Shown: positions 9,559 to 18,494 of the stretch, piece after piece | How the letters are laid out: every line of letters starts with the position of its first letter | Numbering within the stretch: position 1 is the first letter of the stretch | NCBI GenBank assembly: GCA_016198685.1 | Contig: JACQID010000008.1 | Location: 74,148-138,147 of the forward strand | Origin: Candidatus Aenigmatarchaeota archaeon | GTDB taxonomy: Archaea; Aenigmatarchaeota; Aenigmatarchaeia; GW2011-AR5 | Length of the DNA stretch: 64,000 nt | Reading direction: 5' to 3' | Position numbers and translations under genes: made by a program | Notes under the pieces: model-generated | What the model saw: only the letters and a program-made list of their open reading frames with translations | What the model was told of the DNA's origin: nothing | Database searches by the model: none

Positions 9559-9601
9559 TATGGGCACGCATGAATAAAAAGCTTCGTTATGTGTGCCCAT
9601 A
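9559..9601. promoter_or_regulatory. 13-bp inverted repeat enclosing the fic TATA box (putative operator)
   Basis: TATGGGCACGCAT / ATGTGTGCCCATA (1 mismatch). The 17-nt spacer contains AAGCTTTTTATT on the minus strand. Confidence 0.55.
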
Positions 9602-9733
9602 GGTGACCGCGCTTGTAGTCGCCCCGCCAAATCAACATTTCTGCAACATGCCTAATCCTTCGGAGTTTATGCAACAATGCGTCTTAACGCAAACTGACAA
9701 AGTTAAGAACATAATACATCTAATTATTCACAT

Positions 9734-9846
9734 GCCGGCGTCGCATAACTTGGCATTGCGCCAGCCTTGAGAGCTGGTGAGTCTCTGACTCTTGCAGGTT
9801 CAAATCTGATGCAGTATCTGCTTCAGTGAAAATCCTGCCGCCGGCG
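9734..9846 (+). tRNA. tRNA-Ser(TGA) with a 28-nt T-loop intron at 59/60 (9805-9832)
   Basis: Anticodon arm CCAGC-CTTGAGA-GCTGG. Perfect BHB (TTCA/TGAA, bulges AAT and AAT, inner helix CTGA/TCAG) restores TTCAAAT. Confidence 0.93.
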
Positions 9847-9909
9847 TTTTTCTTCTTCAAAAAATCTTTATAAACGGGCTACCATAAAGTTACTTAGGTG
9901 AACGCATAA

Positions 9910-10542
9910 ATGGCATTTCAAAGCATAGGAAGCGTTCTGACAGACTTGGCCACAGAAACCATAACCTTTGTGCCGAACCTTGTTGGAGCAATAGTACTGC
10001 TCGTGATAGGTTTGGTTGTAGGTAAGGTTGTAGGCAGAGTCGTTAAGGAAGTCTTAAGCAAGGTAAAGCTGGACTACTATCTGACAGAAACAGAAAGGCC
10101 TGTGATAAGCATATCCAACCTATTCGCTCTCATAACACGATGGTGGATATATGTGGCCTTTATTGTAGCGGCTGTAGACACGCTGCGCATACCCTCACTT
10201 TCCGCGTGGCTTACCCAAATCCTGCACTTCCTGCCCAACGTTGTCGGAGCTACGACAGTGATGGTCGTGGGCTACGTACTTGCTGAGTTCGTCAAGGACC
10301 AGCTGAAGAAGGTTGGAAAGTCCTATTCGTTGTTGATAGGCAAAATAACGTTCTTCTTCATCATGTACGTGGCTATTGCCGTCGCTTTGCCGATACTCCA
10401 GATACCCGCAACACTGATAAGCCAGATACTGCTGATAATAATCGCCTCGATGGGCGCTGGTATTGCAGTTGCGATGGGCCTCGGTCTGAAAGACGCATTG
10501 TCTGACGTGTCCAGAAGATACGTCAAGAAGATGAAGGTATGA
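9910..10542 (+). CDS. Small-conductance mechanosensitive-channel-like TM-helix repeat protein
   Basis: Two repeats of F(V/L)PN(L/V)VGA, 5-6 TM helices and a C-terminal AIAxGLGxK segment. Confidence 0.7.
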   Translation: MAFQSIGSVLTDLATETITFVPNLVGAIVLLVIGLVVGKVVGRVVKEVLSKVKLDYYLTETERPVISISNLFALITRWWIYVAFIVAAVDTLRIPSLSAWLTQILHFLPNVVGATTVMVVGYVLAEFVKDQLKKVGKSYSLLIGKITFFFIMYVAIAVALPILQIPATLISQILLIIIASMGAGIAVAMGLGLKDALSDVSRRYVKKMKV

Positions 10543-10677
10543 GTTTTTCCCTTTTATTTTCTCTTTAATTTTATTCTTTAAAGTTTTCGTTTCTTATTAT
10601 AGTGGAGGCATTACGCAGCAAAATATGTCTTTAGGCAGACTGATAATAAGAATTAATGTCAGAAGCTCGGTTGCAAA

Positions 10678-10777
10678 GCGCTTGTAGTCTAGTGGCAGGA
10701 TACGACCTTGCCAAGGTCGAGTTTCGGATCGATAACGGTTCGGACGGCATACCCGGGTTCAAATCCCGGCAGGCGCA
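10678..10777 (+). tRNA. tRNA-Gly(GCC) with a 29-nt intron at 45/46 (10722-10750)
   Basis: Anticodon arm CGACC-TTGCCAA-GGTCG. BHB core GTCG/CGGC, bulges AGT and ATA, 9-bp inner hairpin. Splicing gives variable loop AGAC. Confidence 0.93.
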
Positions 10778-10778
10778 T

Positions 10779-10993
10779 ACTGGGATTTTCCAAGGACAAG
10801 CTTCGCTTCTCCTGGATGTTGAAGACGCCACTTCAACAGAACCGAAGGTTCATAGGGAAGACGAAGTCTTCACTGCGCCGGAGGAAGAATGTCCTCCTTG
10901 CGAATGCCGGCAGGCGCATCCAAGAAAAAATTCAAATCCCGGTTTGGCATCATGATTTGAACCCTTGAATCATCTGAAGATTTTGATTTTCAG
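10779..10993 (+). ncRNA. Candidate structured ncRNA or cis-element in the tRNA-Gly trailer
   Basis: Closing helix 10779-10788/10934-10943 encloses five hairpins, three of them abutting. Two more abutting hairpins run to 10993. No credible ORF. Strand is assumed from the tRNA. Confidence 0.5.
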
Positions 10994-11103
10994 CATCCGA
11001 AGAAGCAGAGATTCTCCAGCGAAGATCCCGCAGAGGCGCGTATCTAAATTCAAAGCCGATTGTAGTGGGATAGATATTTAAGTGGCTGTTCTAGTAGTAT
11101 TAT

Positions 11104-11610
11104 ATGATATTTCAGAAAAAGAGCGAGATGCAGGAAATAAAAGACGCTCTTTCCCAGGATAATCCTTCTGTTCAAAAATATTATGGGCGCGAAAATTTTG
11201 CTAAAGAGGAGAATCGCCGCGCAGCTGCTCATGAGCCTGTTCGCACAGAAGACGATGCAGTTGCTCCGCCGGTCAAAGGAAGCGCCCCGCTTTTTGTCAA
11301 GATTGATAAATACTATGATATTCTTAAGGATCTTCAGGAAATGAAAATGTTTCTGGCAGGGACAAAGCATCTTTATCATGTTCTTGAGGAAGTCGAAAAC
11401 GTAAGAAACGACACGCTCAAGATAATGCGCGCAACGATACAGCGTCTTGAGAAGAGCGTTGTAGAAATGGATTCGGGGCTTCTTCGGCCAAGAGAAGATC
11501 AGTACCCAACACCTCAGGAAACGCCTGAGGTTCGCCACATAGAAGGCTCATTGAATGAGCTTCAGGGCCAGCTTGATGTTCTCAAAAAAGAATTGCAGTC
11601 CATGAAATAG
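11104..11610 (+). CDS. Hypothetical coiled-coil protein
   Basis: 168-aa ORF with heptad repeats after PLFVKIDKYYDIL. Confidence 0.7.
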   Translation: MIFQKKSEMQEIKDALSQDNPSVQKYYGRENFAKEENRRAAAHEPVRTEDDAVAPPVKGSAPLFVKIDKYYDILKDLQEMKMFLAGTKHLYHVLEEVENVRNDTLKIMRATIQRLEKSVVEMDSGLLRPREDQYPTPQETPEVRHIEGSLNELQGQLDVLKKELQSMK

Positions 11611-11668
11611 TGGAGATTTCTTTTTACCCGCCATCCATTTAAGCCTTGCCATCTAATTCTTCAATTGC

Positions 11669-11823
11669 GCGGGGGTAGCCAAGTGGCCAAAGGCGCAAGT
11701 TGAGTTATAAGGGCATTATGCCCGATGAATGCGAAACTCAAGAAACGCTTTGGGATATCTTGTCCCTTAGAGAAGAGTAATCTTCGGGGTATGGGTTCGC
11801 AGGTTCAAATCCTGCCCCCCGCA
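11669..11823 (+). tRNA. tRNA-Leu(CAA) with three introns: 30/31 (11700-11735), 37/38 (11743-11756) and variable arm (11771-11791)
   Basis: Acceptor GCGGGGG/CCCCCGC. BHB cores CGCA/TGCG, CTCA/TGGG and CCTT/GGGG. Spliced arm CAAGA-CTCAAGA-TCTTG and variable arm TCCCTTAGTGGGTTC. Confidence 0.88.
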
Positions 11824-12041
11824 TAGTTTTTAGATTTTTATAATTTCCGTTTTGATAATTGTTATACCACTAATCAACACCAACGAATTGGTAAGGCATA
11901 ATGCAGGAAAAAGGCATGGGTCCGATGGTTCTGCAGGAATTTTCATCCTTGCGTATCCTTTGATTCTCGCGGCAAACTATGTGTGTTCTTTCGGTGTTTG
12001 CAAGGGTCATGGAAAGTATATAGGCAACGCTGAAATTTGAA

Positions 12042-13040
12042 TCAAATTCCGTATCTCAAGAAGGCGCCCACGCCCCCGAAACTGAGGAAACGCTTTCCTG
12101 CATCGTGGTGCGAATCTATTATCTTGACTCTGCCGCCGTATCTTTCAGCGAGTTTCATCAGGTCCTCATAATCCTGTGCTTTCTCGTCGCTGACAAGCAA
12201 CATTTCTGCGGCTCCTGCCTCTATTGCCGCTTTGGTTTTTGCAGGGCCGTATGCGGCTTTGGTACCTTTTGAGACCTCTGCGAAAAAATCCTCAACCAGC
12301 TTTGTCTGCTCTGAGACAGAAGAGTCACGGATTATTTTTTCAACTATGCCGCGGCGCAAAACTTCCTGTATGCCGGCTTCTCCCGCATAGGAGACGCTGT
12401 CTGTGTGGACTTTCTTTGCAACTTCCGGCTCTTTGGTTTTCAGTATGTTCATCACGTTTTCCTTGGCGAAGCCGGGCCCTGCAAGCACACATGCATGGAA
12501 CTGTTTGCTCTTGATGTAGCTTATTATGTCGGCATAGTACGCAGATGAATCATGTTCTCCCATGCTCTTGCCTGTGCTTCCGTATATTGTAGTCAGCATC
12601 TCAAGGCGCTCTGTAAGGAATGCAAAGCCTGCTTCAGCATCGTCTATAGCAGCGATAAGTATAGGCGGATGACGCGTCTTTGCTTTTTCGAGCTTTTCAA
12701 TCTCGTAGCCTTTCCATTCTTTTTCTATACTTACCGGCCTGTTGACTTCTATTTCAAAAGCATGATGCGAGCGGTCACCTTCCGAGGACTCAATGATTAT
12801 TCCCCCGACCCTCAATTGATCACCTGAAAAATCAATTTTTTCAGCCCGAAGCTTGACAAAAATCCTGCGCTTTTCACTTCGCACCTCGCGGTCGCCCTGA
12901 AGTATTTTTATGCTTCTGACCGTATAGCCAGAGACAGAAGTTCCTGGATTTATTATTTTTTCCAGTACCCACAGATCATCCTGATTCTCAGGAATGACCG
13001 TGATAACGCCATGCTTGAGGTCCTTTTCCGTTATCTTCAT
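12042..13040 (-). CDS. pelA: mRNA surveillance protein pelota (aDom34)
   Basis: PENQDDLWVL, LRVGGII, LAGPGFAK, YGPAK and GGVGAFLRY eRF1/pelota motifs. Confidence 0.93.
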   Translation of the reverse strand: MKITEKDLKHGVITVIPENQDDLWVLEKIINPGTSVSGYTVRSIKILQGDREVRSEKRRIFVKLRAEKIDFSGDQLRVGGIIIESSEGDRSHHAFEIEVNRPVSIEKEWKGYEIEKLEKAKTRHPPILIAAIDDAEAGFAFLTERLEMLTTIYGSTGKSMGEHDSSAYYADIISYIKSKQFHACVLAGPGFAKENVMNILKTKEPEVAKKVHTDSVSYAGEAGIQEVLRRGIVEKIIRDSSVSEQTKLVEDFFAEVSKGTKAAYGPAKTKAAIEAGAAEMLLVSDEKAQDYEDLMKLAERYGGRVKIIDSHHDAGKRFLSFGGVGAFLRYGI

Positions 13041-13101
13041 GTTTCTAAGGTGCAGGAAAGCGATTTATATGCCTTGCAGATAATTATTTGCAGGTGCGCG
13101 G

Positions 13102-14229
13102 ATGGCTGAACTCGATACATTTACAATTTTTCTTGTTCTAGGCCTTGCCATGATAATCGTGGGCATACTCGTATTCTCATCGGCAGAGACCTCTTTCATC
13201 GGCGGCATACTGCCCGGAAGCCAACGAACCGTAGTCAGCTCTTCTGTCGATGAATCCTTTTCCGTGGGTCCTGAGAACGTCGAAACGGCTCTTCCTTATC
13301 GCATATCATTTAACGTGAGCAATCTTCGTGCTCCTGCAGTCCATGCCCTGGAAGACGGCCGCATATTCTCAGGCGTGCTCTTCGGATCCGGCTCGATGAA
13401 ATACACGCTTGACACTAATGTCCCCCAGTTCATGACCATAAATTTCACAGTCACCAAGACCAATTCTTATGCCCCTCTGATCATAAAAATAAACGGCAAG
13501 GAGGCGATGCGTAAACTGCTTTCGGCTGGCGATTACTCGTTTAATATTGATAAGGAATTGCTCTCTGACACGATGGAGATAGAAATAGGCGCTGAAGGGT
13601 CTGGATGGAAAATATGGGCTCCTGCAGTTTATGACCTTTCCAGCGTGCGGATAACCGTTGATACGTTCAATGAGCGTTCTTATATCTACAAGTTCGATCT
13701 TTCCGGCAAATACGATACTTTCAAGCGCGGCAGAATAGTTCTTAATTTCATCGAAAACCGCGGCAGTCTTTCAGTGCCCCTCAATGGCGTTGAAATATTC
13801 GATGAGCCCCCTGCAAACTCACAGAACATAGAGTTCTATAAAGACCGTGTCAGGAACGGCGTCAATTCCCTGGAATTCCGCGCGTCTGAAGGTTCTTCTT
13901 TTCTTGCTAATGGCGCGATGACAATAGCCTACGTCACTACGCAAGAAAACAAGCTTGTCCAGCCCTTCAACGTCAGCAATTCGACTTATCGCAGCTTCAA
14001 GAGCGGCGAATTGCGTTTTGAGGTTACAGGAGTTTCGAAAGACGGCGGGATAGGCGTGTTGATAATGAACGGGATGGGTACGACTTTCAGCCGCTTTGAA
14101 ACTGTAAGTCCCGGTGAGTACAGGTATGCTTTTAACGCAACAAACATCGCCATGGGCAAGAACGATCTTGTCATAGAGTCCGCAGGCGGCGCGGTCTTTT
14201 CCGTGAGGAACGTCCGCATAACCGTATAA
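13102..14229 (+). CDS. N-terminally anchored beta-sandwich surface protein
   Basis: N-terminal TM helix followed by about three beta-rich repeats ending in VRITV-type strands. Confidence 0.65.
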   Translation: MAELDTFTIFLVLGLAMIIVGILVFSSAETSFIGGILPGSQRTVVSSSVDESFSVGPENVETALPYRISFNVSNLRAPAVHALEDGRIFSGVLFGSGSMKYTLDTNVPQFMTINFTVTKTNSYAPLIIKINGKEAMRKLLSAGDYSFNIDKELLSDTMEIEIGAEGSGWKIWAPAVYDLSSVRITVDTFNERSYIYKFDLSGKYDTFKRGRIVLNFIENRGSLSVPLNGVEIFDEPPANSQNIEFYKDRVRNGVNSLEFRASEGSSFLANGAMTIAYVTTQENKLVQPFNVSNSTYRSFKSGELRFEVTGVSKDGGIGVLIMNGMGTTFSRFETVSPGEYRYAFNATNIAMGKNDLVIESAGGAVFSVRNVRITV

Positions 14230-14301
14230 TCTATTTATTGCGCTTTTTCCAAGTATTGCCAGAGAACCATGGAATTAGGTTTAGCTATAGCGGTGTGATG
14301 G

Positions 14302-17300
14302 ATGCCTATCAAAAATGAAGAGCGGGATAAAATAGTAAAGGATGCTCTGGCTTCCATGATAGTCGGCATAGCGCCTGCGCAGGTTTATGCCAATATAGTA
14401 ACTGACATATTGGCGATATACCCAACGATGTCTCATCATGAAGTAAACGAAATAGCATATGATATCTCCCAAGAAGTGCGCATCGAATTCCGAGTGAATC
14501 AGGGCAAGCTACGTCTCGCGGAAGAGCGTGAAGGCTGGACACAGAGTCAAATAGCGGGTCAAGGCAGGGTAATCAGAGGGCAGCGGGCAGTGGAGAACGG
14601 TCCTGTCGCACCGGCCATACGGGATTATCGTTATGCAAGGCAGGATGTAAAAAATGCGGTTGGGGCAAGTACCGACTGGTGGAAGCGGAGGAAGGCGTCC
14701 GCTCTTTCTTTTCTTGGTGACGAGTCCGGTGCGGCACAGCAATTACGCGAAGCCGAGCAATACAGGCGACGTCGGGAGATAGACGACATGATTGACGTGT
14801 TGCGTCGGGAGATAGACGACATGAAATCGCAATTCTCCCTTCAGCCCGTTGGTGGTCGCGACCGCGAAACGTTAAAACATGATATAGACGAACGTCTGGA
14901 GAGGATAGAGAAGCTCAACGAGGAAAAGTCGAAATACTACTATACGCCGAGCGGCGCCATGCGTGCAGGTGCCCGCTCGCTCGGTCGCCCACTCATGGGC
15001 AGGGTTGCAAACGCTTCTTCCGGATGGAACCTGAACAGCGAGCAGGCCATGCATCCGCTTGCCAGAAGCCGTGTGAACAAGGCCCGGCAGAAGTTGCGCA
15101 AAGAAGGAGACGAGATGTTCAAGGAACTTATGGAAGGTGCAGAAAAGGAAATAAGGCGGGAAGAAGAATCGTTTGAAGCGGCAAAAAAGAAATATGAGAA
15201 GGAAAAGGAAGCCGCAGCAAAATTTGTAGTCGGAACGACTGGAAATCATAGGAGTTTTTTGGATAATCTTGCTGGACATAATGACAATGAAAAATTCGGC
15301 GCGTTGCAAGGCGAAGTAAGAGCCAACATGAAGACGTCGGCGGATCGTGTATACATAGAAAATCTCAGAGAAGCATTCACCGAGTATCAAGCTGCCAGGA
15401 AAAGTTTGGAAGACTTCCGTAAGAGCGCCTTCACACGGGACAGAACTCTTTATGGTCTTCATCTGGTAGAAGAGAAGCTAAACAAAATAATCGGGGAACT
15501 ACTTGAAGAGAACGCCCTCGGGGAAACGGATGCTGCAGGAAATTTCCATGGAATAAAAGCGGCGGAGGAGATGCTTCACAGGGAGCGCGATATACTCATG
15601 TTCAAATACAGGGCTCGCTACCGCAACAAAGTCATGAGAGGAGTTGCAAATCTTCGCCTCTTTGCCCGAAACATGGCAATGGGCACCATGACATGGGGGG
15701 ACGTGTGGCTCACGTTCTGGTACAATATCCGTGATTTCCTGTTCGGTCCGTGGATATGGGGTAGCCTTGTTGTCATGCTTGAATGGATGCTCGTGGGCAG
15801 CTACATATCGCAGATAGCGCCTAGCGCGCTTTACTTTGTTGCGCCGATAGGAATGGGAGGCCTTACGCTGCTTCTTAACATAGAAGGCTCAATGTCAAGG
15901 CCATGGGATTGGCTCACGCATTTTGTTTCCGGCATGCTCATAGGTTTCAGTGCCGTCATAATGGCCGTGGCCGTGATAACGCCGGAAGACATGGCGGGCT
16001 GGGACAACAGGGAATGGTTCCAGTTCTGGTTCATATGGGGCGGCGCCACGATGTTCATAGGCATATTCAGCTTTTACAATACAGGCGGCTTCCTCTTTGT
16101 ATTCCAGCTCTCGGTCCTGATAATGCTGTTCGGATGGTTTGCCCTCGGACCGTATAGAGGGGTGTATGCGGAGATCGTAGATCAGATACGGGCGCCTATC
16201 CTATTCGTCTATAATTCCTTCCGTGACGCTTTTACTGACGTATGGCTTCTAGCGACAAACCCGCAGGAATATTTCGCAAGGCAACAGCTCAAGAATGTCC
16301 GTGCGGCACAGGGCGTGAGCCTGCCTGACGGCGTAGAAATAGAAAGAATAGACTTGCAGCCGCCAAACCCTGCACTCTCCGAGAAAGGCGGCGTCAAGCA
16401 GTCGTTCTCGGCTTCTCTTGAGATAAGAAACAAAGGAAAAGCCGATGCAAGGAACGTGGTTGCGTGGGTTGAGTGCGACGCATTCTGCACGACGGCAACC
16501 ATAGGCAACATAGATTACGTCGGCTGGCTAAAGGACATAAAGAATGCCGATACAAGGAATCCGAACACAAAAATATCGCCTGAGTTGATAGCAGCAGCCA
16601 AGGCAGTGTCCGACAATGATCCGAAACAAGCTGAAGAATTTCTCAAAGGCTCGGGTCTCATAGAAGAAACAGTAGATAGCCCGGGGCCTTTTGTCAGGGC
16701 CGGAGGGGCCACTCTCAAGGCAGCAGCCGATGTCGCGACCGAAATAATAAAATCGCCACAATGGATAGGGGCAAGCATAGATGCCCTTAAGGAAATCCGG
16801 GACAAGGGAAGCATGCATGCAAAGTCTCAGGCTGTGGGTTTCAAGGTCCGTGATGCCATGCGTCCAAGCGAGGCAGCAGTGCAGACCATCACGAATATCG
16901 GCTCGCACGAAATAAGCCCTGACAGCAAGGCATATCTTTTGGTGTCTTCGCTCAAGGCTCATGTCGAATACGATTACTCGGCATCGTCAACTCTTGCGGT
17001 CAAGGTTGCGTCAAACGAGGAATACAACCAGATCCTGCGCGAAGGGCTTCTTGAAAACGTAGTTGCAAGAGGCAGCCCGACCACCGCGCAAATATCGCTA
17101 AGCGTAGGAAGGCAACCTCTGAAAGCAGGGCAGCAATATGATCTTGTCGTATCTGTAATCAACACGAGGCCCGACGGCCACGTTTATCTTGATTCCACAA
17201 CGCCGATAAACATATCAATTCCTGCGTCAATGGCTACAAGTTTGTCATGCCTGACTTTGGACGGCGAGTATACACCTGCTACTCCTGATACGAAAGAAGG

Positions 17301-17595
17301 TGCCTATAAAATATCTTACGCGCCTGGCGCAAACGTAGACATAAAGCCAAGCAAATTCTCTTCATTATTCGCGTTTACGTGCAAGTTTACAACGCCTGCC
17401 ACGATAGACGCAGTAAAGACAGGTCTTATAACAGCGAAGCTTGATACATACAGGTTCAGGACAACAAAAGATATCAATGTCCGCTACTCGCCGCCGGTCG
17501 GAGTTTCCGGGCTCTTGGACAAGGGCGTAGTGATACAGGATAGCGTGACAACAACACTGCCTTCTGCGTCTTCATCGCCGGTTGTCATCGGTTAG
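14302..17595 (+). CDS. 1097-aa polytopic membrane protein: charged coiled-coil N-terminus, about 6 TM helices, external Ig-like module
   Basis: E/K/R-rich residues 1-450, hydrophobic cluster about 470-640, C-terminal LEIRNKG..NV and VEYDYSA motifs shared with downstream paralogs. Confidence 0.75.
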   Translation: MPIKNEERDKIVKDALASMIVGIAPAQVYANIVTDILAIYPTMSHHEVNEIAYDISQEVRIEFRVNQGKLRLAEEREGWTQSQIAGQGRVIRGQRAVENGPVAPAIRDYRYARQDVKNAVGASTDWWKRRKASALSFLGDESGAAQQLREAEQYRRRREIDDMIDVLRREIDDMKSQFSLQPVGGRDRETLKHDIDERLERIEKLNEEKSKYYYTPSGAMRAGARSLGRPLMGRVANASSGWNLNSEQAMHPLARSRVNKARQKLRKEGDEMFKELMEGAEKEIRREEESFEAAKKKYEKEKEAAAKFVVGTTGNHRSFLDNLAGHNDNEKFGALQGEVRANMKTSADRVYIENLREAFTEYQAARKSLEDFRKSAFTRDRTLYGLHLVEEKLNKIIGELLEENALGETDAAGNFHGIKAAEEMLHRERDILMFKYRARYRNKVMRGVANLRLFARNMAMGTMTWGDVWLTFWYNIRDFLFGPWIWGSLVVMLEWMLVGSYISQIAPSALYFVAPIGMGGLTLLLNIEGSMSRPWDWLTHFVSGMLIGFSAVIMAVAVITPEDMAGWDNREWFQFWFIWGGATMFIGIFSFYNTGGFLFVFQLSVLIMLFGWFALGPYRGVYAEIVDQIRAPILFVYNSFRDAFTDVWLLATNPQEYFARQQLKNVRAAQGVSLPDGVEIERIDLQPPNPALSEKGGVKQSFSASLEIRNKGKADARNVVAWVECDAFCTTATIGNIDYVGWLKDIKNADTRNPNTKISPELIAAAKAVSDNDPKQAEEFLKGSGLIEETVDSPGPFVRAGGATLKAAADVATEIIKSPQWIGASIDALKEIRDKGSMHAKSQAVGFKVRDAMRPSEAAVQTITNIGSHEISPDSKAYLLVSSLKAHVEYDYSASSTLAVKVASNEEYNQILREGLLENVVARGSPTTAQISLSVGRQPLKAGQQYDLVVSVINTRPDGHVYLDSTTPINISIPASMATSLSCLTLDGEYTPATPDTKEGAYKISYAPGANVDIKPSKFSSLFAFTCKFTTPATIDAVKTGLITAKLDTYRFRTTKDINVRYSPPVGVSGLLDKGVVIQDSVTTTLPSASSSPVVIG

Positions 17596-17600
17596 AGGAA

Positions 17601-18461
17601 TTAAACGCCCATGGCGAGCCTGAAGAAATTTCTCAGTCCCGGACCCAGACCGAGGACAAGCACTATGAGCTTGAAGAGAGTTCTCTTGTTATTGTCGGCC
17701 ACTTCCTTGTCTATATAATACAGGGCGGCAGGCACGACAGCGAGCTTAAGCATGAACATGGATGCAGGGCCGAATATGGAAATGACAAAGCGCGGCAGGA
17801 AATGCTGCTCAAAGTAATCGTAGAACTGCAGGGCCGTGAATGTCGTGGAAGCGTCAAAAAGATGGGCAGATATTATCGCTGCGTTCTCCTTGGTCAGGAA
17901 TTTCAATTGTGCATATTTGGGCGCAAGATACTTGTGTGTGCCGAACACTAGAACTGCAAAGAGTGCTGCAACGGACAGCATCATGCCAACAGCGAATAAA
18001 TCCTTGATATTAGGTATTAACACAGAGAGCAAAGCAAGAATAAAAACGGCTCCGATGGAAAACATGATTTTGTCATACGGGACTCGGGAAGGCTTGGAAA
18101 GAACGATGGATATTGCCAGAGCTGTGCTTGCAATAAGGAACATCGTGACATATATGACCGGGGACACCAAGAGCATGTTTCTTGGTCCTTCTGACGTCAT
18201 GACCGTGAAAAGGCCCAAGGACATATTTTGTGATTCCAGAAGATCCTCGAAGGCCCTTAACATGGCCCCTGCGAATATATACGGCACAAGAGCAGTGAGA
18301 AGCCTCTGGTCCATGGAGATTCCACGCGATTTCAAAAGATGATAGATGCCTATGGCCGCTGCTATGAGCATTATCCCGTAGGTTGCGGTATTCACAGGAT
18401 TGTAGCCGGTATTGTAAATCACCGGATCAATGTACCATTTCTGGAAGAATTCGGAGAGCAT
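17601..18461 (-). CDS. DUF63-family membrane protein
   Basis: YNPVNTATY, RAFED, SPVIY, AHLFDASTT, YFEQH and LGLGPGLRN motifs. Confidence 0.85.
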   Translation of the reverse strand: MLSEFFQKWYIDPVIYNTGYNPVNTATYGIMLIAAAIGIYHLLKSRGISMDQRLLTALVPYIFAGAMLRAFEDLLESQNMSLGLFTVMTSEGPRNMLLVSPVIYVTMFLIASTALAISIVLSKPSRVPYDKIMFSIGAVFILALLSVLIPNIKDLFAVGMMLSVAALFAVLVFGTHKYLAPKYAQLKFLTKENAAIISAHLFDASTTFTALQFYDYFEQHFLPRFVISIFGPASMFMLKLAVVPAALYYIDKEVADNNKRTLFKLIVLVLGLGPGLRNFFRLAMGV

Positions 18462-18494
18462 AAGGTTTTTTATGCAGGGAAGATAAATAAGCCT

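Noticed and set aside
8330-9846. Integrated element with attL/attR formed by the two tRNA-Ser genes
   Set aside because: Both are complete tRNAs with different anticodons and introns, and there is no integrase. Shared ends are explained by isoacceptor similarity.
10798-10871. C(GAA)G triloops as evidence of an ssDNA origin or hairpin
   Set aside because: The same loop occurs inside the tRNA-Arg(GCG) intron, which must be RNA, so it does not discriminate DNA from RNA function.
10656-10968. ORFs of 99 and 86 aa over tRNA-Gly and its trailer
   Set aside because: They overlap a clear tRNA and have no recognisable protein features, so they are treated as shadow ORFs.
10779-10993. RNase P RNA, SRP RNA or a split/permuted tRNA half
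   Set aside because: No P4 pseudoknot pair or SRP helix-8 motif was found on either strand. The tRNA-like fragments are in the wrong order and lack BHB junctions or a matching acceptor.
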